Source: Octopus sinensis (lineage: Eukaryota). Taken from it: a stretch of 27,882 nucleotides of DNA. The position numbers and the translations under genes were made by a program. The stretch is taken from NCBI RefSeq assembly GCF_006345805.1, contig NW_021833309.1:1-27882 (forward strand), written 5' to 3'. Below, one piece after another: positions 9,837 through 20,954 of the stretch. Position 1 is the stretch's first letter, and every line of letters starts with the position of its first letter. Under the pieces are notes generated by a model. The model ran no database searches. It was not told the origin of the DNA and saw nothing but the letters and a program-made list of their open reading frames with translations.

Positions 9837-10213
9837 TGGAGGCGCAATGATCCAGTGGTTAGGGCAGCGCACTCGCGGTCGTAGGGTCGCAGTTTTGATT
9901 CCCAGATCAGGCGTTGTGAGTGTTTCTTGAGCGAAAACACCTAAAGCTCCGAGGCTCCGACAGGGCGTGGTGGCGAACCCTGCTGTACCACAACTTACTT
10001 TCACAGCTTTCTCTCACTCTTTCTTCTTGTTTCTGCTGTACCCGTATTTCCAAAGGGCCAGCCTTGTGTCACGCTGAATCTCCCCGAGGACTGCGTTAAG
10101 GGTACACGTGTCTGTGGAGTGCTCAGCCACTTGGACGTTAATTTCACGAGCAGGATGTTCCGTTGATCGGATCAACTGGAACCCACGTCGTCGCAACCGA
10201 CAGTGTGCTACGA
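9837..10213 (+). mobile_element. SINE family C, full length, 12-bp TSD
   Basis: tRNA-like head GGCGCAATGATCCAGTGGTTAGGGCAG...TTTGATTCCC; TSD TATACTC[A/G]TACG at 9825-9836 and 10214-10225. Confidence 0.88.
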
Positions 10214-10552
10214 TATACTCGTACGCAAATATATGCATATGCACACACACCTACACACAAGGCCCTATAGCAATCAAATCCCTCTTAAAAGAATGATGCT
10301 TAGGAAGGATGAAGCCACTGGTGGACCCTGCCCAGGATTCAGACATGCAAGCATTATAAAAATGTGATGCCATGTGCTAATCCTTAACAATTGAGCGAAC
10401 ATCTGCTAGAAACAAGAAAAAGGGGTCTTCAGCACTCTTTCTCTTCTGTGGCCAACAGAAATACTCAAAGTGAAATTAGAAGGTTCTTTGGCTCACTGCT
10501 CTCCCACACGCATACACACATACGGGCTTCTTTGTTTCTCATTTATTTTTAA

Positions 10553-10940
10553 CTAGCAGTATCGCCCGGCATTGCTCAGGTTTGTAAGGGAAATAACTAT
10601 AAAGCATTTTTAGAGAGTTATAGCCAAAAAATAGCAAAAAAATGGAAAAAAAAAATGATGGTAAATTTTTTTGAGAGTTAAAAAAGGTCGAGTTGCGTCC
10701 CCTAGACAGTCTGTGGTTTGTGCTTCTGATTCTCGACCCCATGTCGAATTTATCGATTTTTTTCAGAACTGGGGGAACTTTTCAAAACTTTCGCTGCGTT
10801 AGTTTTGAATTATGACATTGGGCTATGTGTGTGTGTCAAGTTTCATCAGAATCGGTTGAAAGCCGTGGTCAGGGTGAGGGTACAACCTAACAGACACACA
10901 GACACACACACAGACAAACTGCCGTTTATATATAGAGAGA
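10553..10940 (-). mobile_element. Non-autonomous Helitron, 388 bp, intact termini
   Basis: On the minus strand: A|TCTCTCTATATATAAACGG at the 5' end and CCTGAGCAATGCCGGG hairpin + CGATACTGCTAG|T at the 3' end; A^T insertion, no TSD. Confidence 0.85.
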
Positions 10941-11254
10941 TGCTAATTAATTGTAACCCCGATGAAATGACTCGGGGTTATATTGTCATGGAACCGTTAA
11001 ACAGTTGCTCATAAATGTGCAGAACCCACATCTGCATTTTGTGGACCCCATCACCAGAGCTCTAATTTTAATAAAACGTTAGATAAAATAAAAGTGGGGA
11101 GAGAAATTATTCATCTTATTTTGAAATAGTGACTACCATTCTCTTTCCTTTAAAAATTCTAAGTAAATTTTATTACAGGAATTCTGTCTTACGAAATTCA
11201 GATTTTTTAAAAATGAAATGCAAGGGTTTCTCAGAACACCCCTTAGAAAATATT

Positions 11255-11915
11255 CTTTCTACTCTAGGCACATGACCGGAAATTTTTGAGGGGCGGGACA
11301 GTCGATTAGATAGACCCAGTACACAACTGGTACTTAATTAATCGACCCCGAAAGGATGAAAGGCAAAGTCGACCTCGGTGGAATTTGAACTCAGGACATA
11401 CAGACAGACGAAATACCGCTAAGAAATTTCGCCCGGTGTGCTAACGTTTCTTATTTCTTTATTACCCACAAGGGGCTAAACATAGAGGGGACAAACAAGG
11501 ACAGACATAGGGATTAAGTCGATTACATCGACCCCAGTGCGTAACTGGTACTTAATTTATCGACCCCGAAAGGATGAAAGGCAAAGTCGACCTCGGTGGA
11601 ATTTGAACTCACAACGTAACGACAGACGAAATACCGCTAAGCATTTCGCCCGGCGTACTAACGTTTGTGACAGCTCACCGCCTTACCTCTTAGAAAATAT
11701 TCTTTTCTACTCTATGCATGTGACCCGAAATTTTGGGGGAGGGGGCCAGTCGATTAGATCGATCCCAGTATGCAACTGGCACTTAATTTATCGACCTCGA
11801 AAGGATGGAAGGCAAAGTCGACCTCAGCGGAATTTGAACTAAGAACATAAAGACAGACGAAATACTGCTAAACATTTCGCCCGGCGTGCTAACAACTCTG
11901 CCAGGTCGCCGCCTT
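11255..11915 (-). mobile_element. Three SINE A copies (about 11255-11450 tail 2, 11451-11684 tail 1, 11702-11915 tail 2) with a triplicated target sequence
   Basis: CTTAGAAAATATT at 11242-11254, 11689-11701 and 11920-11932. Confidence 0.9.
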
Positions 11916-12529
11916 ACCCCTTAGAAAATATTGCATGAACTTACTTTAAGCTTTTGATTTTGAGTTGTCTCCTCGATGCCATGCGCATTATTTTAAGTCT
12001 AATAACATTTTGTTATTTATTTTTCTGAATAAGGTCACTATATTTCAAGTAACATGCTGAAAAATTCCTGAGAGTTAGGTAAACTGAGGTGTGTATAATT
12101 ATGTGAATAGGCGGAAAATTAACTTATTCAGAAAAGACATCCTTGGGGAAAAATTTCATTGAAATGGTGAAAGTCTGTAAAAGAAAGATTGGGTTTAGGA
12201 GTCTGTGCTAGGAGGCGGGGAGACGACACAGTAGGGATGAGAAGGGGGGAAAAAACTAATGTTTTTGGTAGGCTTGAGTTTAGGTGGTACGCAATTAACT
12301 ATTTTCAAAGGAGCGGAGACTTTTATAGCAGTGATACAGTTGGGAAATAGAAAAATGTATGTTTGTGGGCCAGAGATTGTAATAATTTGGCGAAGGAGTT
12401 TGTGTGTGTTGGTGCAGTTAGATACAAGGACCTGGGAACAGGAAATGCAGGTGGTGCGCCTGCACTCCCTAAAATTTTAAGGGGGTGCAAAATCAAAATT
12501 TACACCACTTACATACTTTGCCAGGTTTA

Positions 12530-12724
12530 GGAAATAGAGGGGACAAACGGATTAAGTCGATTACATCGACCCCAGTACGTAACTGGTACTTAATTTATCG
12601 ACCCCGAAAGGATGAAAGGCAAAGTCGACCTCGGCAGAATTTGAACTCAGAACGTAGCGACAGACGAAATACTGCTAAGCATTTCGCCCGGCGTGCTAAC
12701 GTTTCTGCCAGCTCGCCACCGCCT
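12530..12724 (-). mobile_element. SINE family A, tail variant 1
   Basis: Near-consensus core and full head. Confidence 0.9.
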
Positions 12725-12864
12725 CGACTATTTCTGTTGGTTACACAAGAGGAAGAGCGCTAAAGACCTTTTTCTTGCTTTTCCAGCAGATGTTTGCTCA
12801 ATTCATGGATAAAATTATTTTAATAATAATAAAACCATGTTTCATTTATGTCTTAGTAAATAAT

Positions 12865-13276
12865 TCTTTCTACTCTACTAGGCACAAGGCCTGAAATTTT
12901 GGAGGAGGAGTTAAGTCGATTACCTCAACCCCAGTATGTAACTGGTACTTAATTTATCGTCTCCGAAAGGAAGAAAAGCAGAGTCAACCGCGGCGGAATT
13001 TGAACTCAGAACGTAGCGGCAGACGAAATACCGCTAAGCATTTCGCCCAGTGTGTTAATGATTCTTTTCTACTCTAGGCACAAGGCCCGAAACTTTTGGA
13101 GAGGGGCCAGTCGATTAGATTAACCCCAGTATGCAACTGGTACTTAATTTCTCGCCCCGAAAGGATGAAAGGCAAAGTCGACCTCGGCGGAATTTGAACT
13201 CAGAACGTAAAGATAGACGAAATACTGTTAAGCATTTCGCCCGGCTTGCTAACGTTTTCTGCCAGCTCATCGTCTT
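12865..13276 (-). mobile_element. SINE A dimer (both tail variant 2) inside one 16-bp TSD
   Basis: TGTCTTAG[T/A]AAATAAT at 12849-12864 and 13277-13292; internal junction near 13062. Confidence 0.85.
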
Positions 13277-13472
13277 TGTCTTAGAAAATAATGAAAAGAA
13301 GAAGCCAAGAATATACAATATAATAATTAAAATAAGCGTGTAGATTACCAAAGTAAATTTGCTGATGTAGATCCCACGCCAAAGTAGCACTAGCATGAAA
13401 TAAACTAAAAAGCGCCCTGTTATTTGTAGATCACGGACCAAAGTAGCACCTATTTACCTTTTTCTCATAAAT

Positions 13473-13745
13473 GCTGGCACTCGATCATAAGGTTGTGAGT
13501 TCAATTCCTGGCGATGTGTTGTGTCCTTAAGCAAGACACTTTATTCCACTTTGCTCCTGTCTACTGAGCTGGCAAAACTGAGTTGTACCAGTAATTGCAA
13601 AGGGCCAACCTTGTTACATTGTGTGTCACACTGAATCTCCTTGAGAACTATGGCAACTGTACGCGTCCCTGTGGGGTGCTCAGCCGCTTGCACAGACGGT
13701 TCCGTTGATCAGATCAACCGGAACACTTGTCATAACCGACAGAGA
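13473..13745 (+). mobile_element. SINE family C, diverged, 5'-trimmed
   Basis: GTGAGTTCAATTCC B-box, TGTGTCCTTAAGCAAGACACTTTATT core, CCGTTGATCAGATCAACCGGAAC tail. Confidence 0.8.
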
Positions 13746-14356
13746 ACCAGGCTGGCGTACTGCATTCTCCACAAAGAAGATAAATTATCTATCAACTTCT
13801 TTGTAGAGAGACGGTCCTCAAAAGCTTAGCGTATGTTGTTAGATTCAGTTTTAAATAGATGCAGCTCTCTCTATATTATTAAAGTTAGGTGCAGGGAGAC
13901 TGTTTCAGCTTTCATGTGACTTGTGAATAAATAAATAAATATCAGAAGCGAAGGCGCGATGGCGAAAAACTTAATAATAATGGTTATCGGAAATTTAAGC
14001 GCCTTCAAATAATGTCTGGATTAAAAAAGCAAGACAATAAAGAATCACGAGTTGCTGGAAAATCTCGTTTGTTTGATATTTATTAAATTCTGAGCTTTGA
14101 AAATGACCGTTCAAAACCACAGTTGTGTTGATGAAATAAATAAATACATAGACAAACAGACAGACAGAGAGACAGAGAGACAGAGAGACAGAGAGCGATG
14201 TGAGCTTATTTGTACACTTGAAAAGAATATTCCACATATTTATTATTTGTCAACAAGACTAAAGTGCCACATTAGCTTGAATCATCATCATCATTGATTA
14301 ATGTCTCTTTTCTATGCTGTCATGGTGTGTTAAAAAATGGGATCAATATTCGTTCC

Positions 14357-14405
14357 CCGTCGTATGTATGTATGTGTGTGTGTGTGTGAGTGAGCGTATG
14401 TATGC

Positions 14406-14436
<31 letters not shown>

Positions 14437-14537
14437 TGTATGTATATGTATGTATGCATATGTATGTATGTATATGTATGTATGTATGTATGTGTATGTA
14501 TGTATGTATGTATGTATGTATGTATGTGTATGTATGC

Positions 14538-14568
<31 letters not shown>

Positions 14569-14760
14569 TGTATGTATGTGTATGTATGCATATGTATGTA
14601 TGTATGCGTATGTATGTGTATGCGTATGTATGTATGTATGTATGTGTATGTATGCATATGTATGTGTATGTATGCGTATGTATGTATGTATGTATGTATG
14701 TATGTATGCGTATGTATGTATGCGTATGTATGTATGCATGCATGTATGTATGTATGAATG
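14357..14760. repeat. (TATG)n microsatellite with TGCA/TGCG variants
   Basis: Direct reading. Confidence 0.95.
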
Positions 14761-14761
14761 A

Positions 14762-15085
14762 ATGAAGGCGCATGGCTCAATGGTTAGAGTGTCGAGCTTA
14801 CGATCGTGAGGTTGTGAGTTCGAATCCCAGACCGGGCTGCGTGTTGTGTTCTTGAGCAAGATACTTTACTTCCCGCTGTTCCAGTTCACTCAGCTGTAGA
14901 AATGAGTTGCGACGTCACAGGTGCCAAGCTGTATCGGCCCCTTTTGCCTTTCCCTTGGATAACACTGGTGGCGTGAAGAGGAGAGGCTGGTATGCATGGG
15001 CGACTGCTGGTCTTTGCCCGGACTTGTGCCTGGGAGGGTAACTTTCTAGGTGCAATCCCATGGTCTGTGTCATGACCGAATGTAT
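14762..15085 (+). mobile_element. tRNA-headed SINE family D (shares the TTCTTGAGCAAGA.ACTTTA core with family C, different tail)
   Basis: A box TGGCTCAATGG, B box GAGTTCGAATCCC; tail ...GGGAGGGTAACTTTCTAGGTGCAATCCCATGGTC. Confidence 0.85.
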
Positions 15086-15109
15086 CCACCCACATATACG
15101 CAGTAAGTA

Positions 15110-16220
15110 TTTTTAAAGACATTTGGTTTTGTGTCGTTCATATTCTGTATCTAATTGCTTTTGTGTCATTCTAACTTCTTTGGAATATCCATGGAACCGC
15201 AGACACATAATTTTGTCTATCAATTGTTCGTTTAATTTCCGAAAAGTGGTAAATCTTAGTTCATCTTCGTCCTCTTCATTTTCTTTTGTATTTTTCTGAA
15301 GAGGAATTTCATTGTCCATTTTGAAGAAATAGTTGTTCTTCCACAACCATTTTCACTGTCTTCTGTCTTTCTGTTCTTTTTTTTTTATCGCTTTCTGTTT
15401 TCTTTTTTTTCTTTTCTTTGTTTCTTGTTTCAATCTATAATTAATATTTTCTCCTAATGAGGGTGCGGTCCTACAGTTAGCAGTGTTAGTGGAACGAGGT
15501 TTTTGTCCTATTCCTAATCTTGGACACACTTGTATTTCAGGTGCCACCCTAGGGTTTTGGCAAACGGCGATATGGAAACAGACGTCTGGTGTTCTTGTAA
15601 TTACAATCGCTGTTCTTTATTTTCCTTTTTCTTTTATTCGTAAAACCACGAGTTCGATTCCCGGCAGCGCATTGCGTCCTTGAGCAAGACACTTTATTTC
15701 ACATTGTTCCAACTAGCAAACATGAGTAAAACCTGTAATTTCAAAGGGCCGGCCTTGTCAAATTCTGTGTCACACTGAATCTCGCTCAGAACTACGTTGA
15801 GGGTACGCATGTCTGTGGAGTACTCAGCCACTTCCAAGTTAATTTTATGAGCAGACTGCTCTGTTGATCGGACCAACTGGAACCCCCATCGCTGTATCCG
15901 ACGGAGTGCTAATTATCTTCAAAATTACTTATTTGAATATTTGGGACATTTTCTTCTCTTGACTCTTTGCTAAGCTGTTCATTTTCTCCTTCCTTTTGTA
16001 CATTTAGTTGTGCTTTGAGTTCTGTTATTTCCTTTTTCTTTGTTTTGTTTTCATTTCTTTTCTCTCCCTCCCCCACCCATTCTAGTATTTTGTTTTGTAG
16101 CATAAGAATGTTCGGTAGCCGTTTTGGATGTGAAAACGTAAGACATATAAATAAAATTTTAGTCGTTTCTGCAGCAAATCTTATCTTGTTTTTTGTTTGT
16201 TTTTTTTTTTTCCTCAACCC
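15110..16220 (-). pseudogene. Decayed coding-like segment, possibly a LINE ORF1 remnant, interrupted by a SINE
   Basis: Long charged open stretches (KEITELKAQLNVQKEGENEQLSKESREE; EDEDELRFTTFRKLNEQLIDKIMCLRFHGYSKEVRMTQKQLDTEYE) with a stop and A-run slippage; no convincing splice sites. The family assignment is a guess. Confidence 0.3.
15645..15910 (+). mobile_element. SINE family C
   Basis: GAGTTCGATTCCC B-box, GTCCTTGAGCAAGACACTTTATTTCAC core, GTTGATCGGACCAACTGGAACCC tail. Confidence 0.85.
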
Positions 16221-16365
16221 CTGGGGATCAGGGGCAGTCCATCCTTAGATAATTGTAGTTCTTTTCTTTGAATACTCAAGAGAAAATTTCATTTGGTAAT
16301 GCTTGAATAAATCGTATCTCGAAGGGAGAAGCAAAAACAATGTCTTCACACAATGAGACTCAATG

Positions 16366-16408
<43 letters not shown>

Positions 16409-16424
16409 TAGTGATAATATATAT

Positions 16425-16615
16425 TTCATAGAGGAAATTGGCATGAAACCCCAGTTTAGTACAGCTCCAGAAAACAGTGTTATTAGGAACAGCTAGGATA
16501 CTTGGGAGGGTTCTTGGCATCTAAGGTTACTTTTTGTAGCCTGATGTTAGGAATTTTTCTTTTCCAACAGTCTAATCTGTTATGTGTATATGAATGATAA
16601 TAATAATGATAACAA
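16425..16615 (+). mobile_element. Extreme 3' end of an R4/Dong-like RLE retrotransposon within TAA repeats
   Basis: QLQKTVLLGTARILGRVLGI* (stop 16522-16524), short UTR and a TAA-type tail; (TAA)n also upstream at 16365-16404. Confidence 0.75.
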
Positions 16616-16869
16616 CAGCAACAACATTATAAATGCTCTCTCTTTCTTTCTCTCCCTTCTTTCTTTCTTTCTCTCTCTTTTTATTTCTTTCTCTCTCTCC
16701 CTCCGTAGAAATAAAGCTGGTTGGCGTATGTTAGATGATCTGCGGATATTAACTGCGGAATTAACCTGTTTAATGTTGTGTAACAGTAAGACTGCTGGGT
16801 TACCGGAAGAGGAAGTCAGACTTTACCTAAAATACACACTAAATGAAGCTGAACTTTAACAGTAAGGAA

Positions 16870-17125
16870 GAACACACGCACACAAACACACGCACACACA
16901 CACACACACACACACAAATATACACACGAACACACACACGAACACACACTAACACACACACACACACACACACAAATATACACACGAACACACACGCACA
17001 CACACGAACACATACACACAAATACATACACATACGAACACATACAAACACGAACACATACACACAAATACATACACATACGAACACATACAAACACACA
17101 CACGCACACATACACACACACATAT
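16870..17125. repeat. (CA)n-rich compound microsatellite
   Basis: Direct reading. Confidence 0.9.
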
Positions 17126-17129
17126 AAGA

Positions 17130-17400
17130 GGTGGGTATGAATGGTGATAGGGGTGGTATTGTGGTTAAGATAATGGTGGTAATGAGACTGTGAGTGGTGG
17201 TGCTGGTTGTGGTTATGGTGGTGGAGGTGGCGGCGGCAGTGGTGGTGGTGGTGGTGGCGGTGGCAGCGGTGTTGGCGTTTGGTTGTGGTTATGGTGGTGG
17301 CAGCGAGGGTGGCGGTGGCGGCGGTGATCATGGTGGTGGTGGTCATGGTGTTGGTGTTGGGATTGGTGGTGATGATCGTGGTAGTAGTAGTATTAGTGGT
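17130..17400. repeat. Degenerate (GGT/GGC)n trinucleotide tract
   Basis: Direct reading; produces the spurious poly-V/G/W/H/T ORFs. Confidence 0.85.
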
Positions 17401-17729
17401 AAGATAGGATTATGTAGAAGAAAAATCTTCGGTCGAACCAACATCAAGAACAACATTAAACCGTCATCACAGAGGTGATGCTAGACTTCCATCACTTTTA
17501 TAGGATCATCTAAGGATAATTCCCGGTCAGAGTCAGGTGTGTGTGTGGAGGGGTGTTCAAATGAGTGCTTCCAGCTGAAGAATACTTTGGAGAGAAACCC
17601 CACAAACCCTTCAAGAGTGGAAGGGGTCACTAGCCGTCGCTTATTCTGGCAGGTTCAAAGTTGTGGTGAAGGTACGTGGCCTTGTGCTTAGGGTTTTGCA
17701 TACACAGTTGCAATACAGGGGTTTTGGGA

Positions 17730-17957
17730 TAAGGAATGGCAAGCTGGCAGAATTGGTAACACGCTGGACAAAATGCTTAGTGACATTTTGTCCATCTTAA
17801 CATTCTGAGTTCAAATTCTGGTGATGTTGACTTTGCCTTTCGTCCTTTCGGGATCGATAAAATAAGTATCAGTTGAACACTGGGGGTCGATGTAATCGAC
17901 TCATGCCTCCCCCACCACCACCCAAAAATTTTTTCTGCCCTTGTAGCGAAACTTGGA

Positions 17958-18017
<60 letters not shown>
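17730..18017 (+). mobile_element. SINE family A (tail variant 3) followed by (ATT)n
   Basis: GGCAAGCTGGCAGAA...TTCTGAGTTCAAATTC...GGGGTCGATGTAATCGACT, then (ATT)n at 17958-18017. Confidence 0.85.
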
Positions 18018-18019
18018 GT

Positions 18020-18248
18020 TAAGGCAACGAGCTGGCAGGATCGTTAGCACACCGGGCGAAATGCTGAGAGGTATTTTGTCCGTCTTTGCATTCTGGGTTC
18101 AAATTCCGCCAAGTTTAACCTTAACTTCCATCCTTCCGAGGTCGATTAAGTAAGTACCAGTAACGCACTGGGGTCTATGTAATTGATTTAATCCCCACCT
18201 CTAATCTGCCTTCGTGGCAAAAATTTTAAATCATTATTATTATTATTA

Positions 18249-18286
<38 letters not shown>

Positions 18287-18305
18287 CATTATTATTATTA
18301 TTATT
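18020..18305 (+). mobile_element. SINE family A followed by (ATT)n
   Basis: AAGGCAACGAGCTGGCAGGATCGTTAGCACACCGGGCGAAATGC...CATCCTTCCGAGGTCGAT; (ATT)n from about 18233. Confidence 0.85.
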
Positions 18306-18574
18306 TAAAACAGTTCGATACAGTTCAAAGCGACTTAAAGTTTCGCATGCCTCTAATAGAGCCTGAAAGAGACAGGCTTCTTTTGAACCCTGGGGGTCAG
18401 TATAATTGATTTATCTCCTCCTTAAAATTGCTGGCCTTGTGAAAAAAGACTTGAAACTAAAATAGTGGTTTCAAATCTTGGATTGGGTAGTATGTTCTTG
18501 AGCAAAACACTTCACGTTGTTCCAGTCCACTCAACTGTGAATGTGATAGACTGGCGTTAACTCGGTTAAAAATT

Positions 18575-19688
18575 TGGAATCGACATGCTGTACTGCACCG
18601 CAAGCTCCAATACGAACGTTTCAGAGTGTTTGGGTGTCAATCTGAGGACAGTGCAGAGGATTCAGAAAGAGTTGGATGAGTCTAATGGTGATTACGAAGG
18701 TACGGCAGCTCGGAAGACTCACTCTGACCGTTCTAATAAGAAAAGAACTCCTGAATTTGTTAGCGGGATCCTGGCCATGATTGACAATGATCCCTCCATG
18801 TCACTCGCCAGGGACGTGGGAGTGTCTGAGTTTCTTATGAGGCAGGTTGTGCATGAAGACATTCGGAATTCCTCATACAAGATGAGAAGGAACCAATTTG
18901 TATCCCAAGCCATCAAGGACAGGAGGAAAGACCGTATTACGAAGCTTCTAAACAAACTCTAGCATCTCCCCGACCCCAACCGAACATGTTTTGGTTTTTC
19001 AAAGGCGAGAAAAATTTCAGGATCAGATGGAGAACACACAGAACAACCGTTGGCTTGCCGCCTGTCCAAAACATGTGCCGAGAGTGATAAAAATCAAACA
19101 TCCAGCCATCATCATGGTGTTTGTAGTGATCACTAGTGATGGCCACGTTATGCCTCCATTCATCTTCCCACACGGCCTAAGACTCAACATGGAGGCCTAC
19201 ATCAAGTGCCTGGAAGACGTAGTGCTGCCCTGGATCAAGAGGGTGGCTGCTGGAAGACACTATGTCTAGTAAAAGGTCTCTGCAACCTGCCACACAAGCA
19301 GAAGAACCCAGTCATGGCTGTCAGACAATTTCTACAACCGCATCACCCCTAACATCTGGTCACCTAACTCCTCAGACTGCAAACCCCTTGATTATTATAT
19401 GCGGGGCGCAGTTGAGCGAGAAACCACAAAACTCTTTGTAACACCAAAGATGAACTGAAGGCAAGGATTCTGGCAGCATTCACGAACTTAAACAAGGAGA
19501 CTGTCCAGAAGAGTTGCAAGAGATTCCGAAGTCGTCTGGAGGCCATGGTTGGAACAAATGGTGATTTTATTGAATAAATTCACTCTTAAGTATTTCAAGA
19601 TATTTTGATGTAATTTTGTTAAATATATCTCTTAAAATGAGATGTCAGTGTTATTTTCATTTTTGCGTAATTTCGACGACATTTCATA
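18575..19688 (+). mobile_element. Decayed Tc1/mariner transposon, DD37D (maT) type
   Basis: HTH region (VNLRTVQRIQKEL), WFF[K/S][G/D]EKNF, V**KVSATCH (ancestral VWQQDSAPCH) and WSPNSSDCKPLDY; 37 residues between the second (19276) and third (19390) acidic positions; stop at 19575-19577. The first two Asp codons are mutated and the TIRs are not intact. Confidence 0.9.
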
Positions 19689-19833
19689 TACGTATGCGCG
19701 CGTGCACGAGTGTGTATTTTTGTATGTTTGTTTTTTATGATCAGTTATAATAAAGACAATTTCACGTTAATCTGTTAGGTTGCTCCATACTTTTGTAGAG
19801 TTCAAATTTAATATTTTTAGACAAGAAAATTAC

Positions 19834-19914
19834 TGACTGTAACTTCGAATTTTCGGCCAGGTGAGCTACCATCCAACGATGGCTTAACTGGCCAAAACTT
19901 CGAAGTCACTATCA
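19834..19914. other. 81-nt imperfect hairpin (pre-miRNA-like or mini-MITE)
   Basis: Arms TGACTGTAACTTCGAATTTTCGGCCAG / CTGGCCAAAACTTCGAAGTCACTATCA (22/27 paired), inner stem CATC-CAAC-GATG. Confidence 0.6.
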
Positions 19915-20314
19915 ATGATATTCTTATGTGTGTGTGTGCGCGCGCACGCCTATGTACGTTTGTGTATTTTTATGTAAAGTTATGTTGATATGTATATTTG
20001 TATGTGTGTGCACGGGTGTATATACTTATAAATGCACAATATTTGTATACATGTGTGTTTATGAATATACTTTTTCCTGTGAGTGTATACGTAGGAAGTC
20101 AAAAAAGGAGCCACAAAGATAGAAAGGGTTTACATATATATATACGCATACATACACACATACATACACATTATTAATCCCCCGCCCCCACTCTCTCTCT
20201 CTTACCGTCTCTCTCCCCCACCCCCAACATCTTTTTTCTCTTTTCCATTCACTTAAGGTATGTAAAAGAACTTGATAATCCAACACGGAACCATTCTCAG
20301 GAGAATGAAAATAT

Positions 20315-20328
20315 ATGAATGTATATAT

Positions 20329-20373
<45 letters not shown>

Positions 20374-20480
20374 CTGTGTGTGTGTGTATATATATATATA
20401 TACATATATATGTGTATATATATACATATATATGTATATATATATATACATATATATGTATATATATATATACATATATA

Positions 20481-20514
<34 letters not shown>

Positions 20515-20588
20515 CATATTTGTGTATATATATATATTATATATATATATATGTGTATATATATATACACATATATGTGTATATATAT

Positions 20589-20624
<36 letters not shown>

Positions 20625-20811
20625 GTATATATATATATACATATATGTATATATACATATATGTATATATATACATATATGTGTATATATACATGTATTT
20701 ATATACACACACACACACATATATACATATGTATATATACACACATACACACACAAATGTGTGTATGTATGTATGTATACCTGTATGTATATATGTTTGT
20801 ACAGATATGCA

Positions 20812-20861
<50 letters not shown>

Positions 20862-20875
20862 ATATATATATACAA
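20315..20875. repeat. (TA)n/(TATG)/(CA) compound microsatellite
   Basis: Direct reading. Confidence 0.95.
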
Positions 20876-20954
20876 ACGTGTATATGTTTCTGTGAGTTTT
20901 ACGTGTGTGATAGTCTGTGTATGTCTGTGAGTTCGTACGTGTTTCAGTGCATAC

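Noticed and set aside
9837-9910. tRNA gene-like sequences (also 14762-14835 and the A/B heads)
   Set aside because: They continue into SINE bodies and lack a proper acceptor stem; they are SINE heads, not tRNA genes.
12446-12500. Two short palindromes (TGCAGG..CCTGCA; TGCACTCCCT..AGGGGGTGCA)
   Set aside because: Probably a MITE terminus remnant, but no partner end or TSD could be found.
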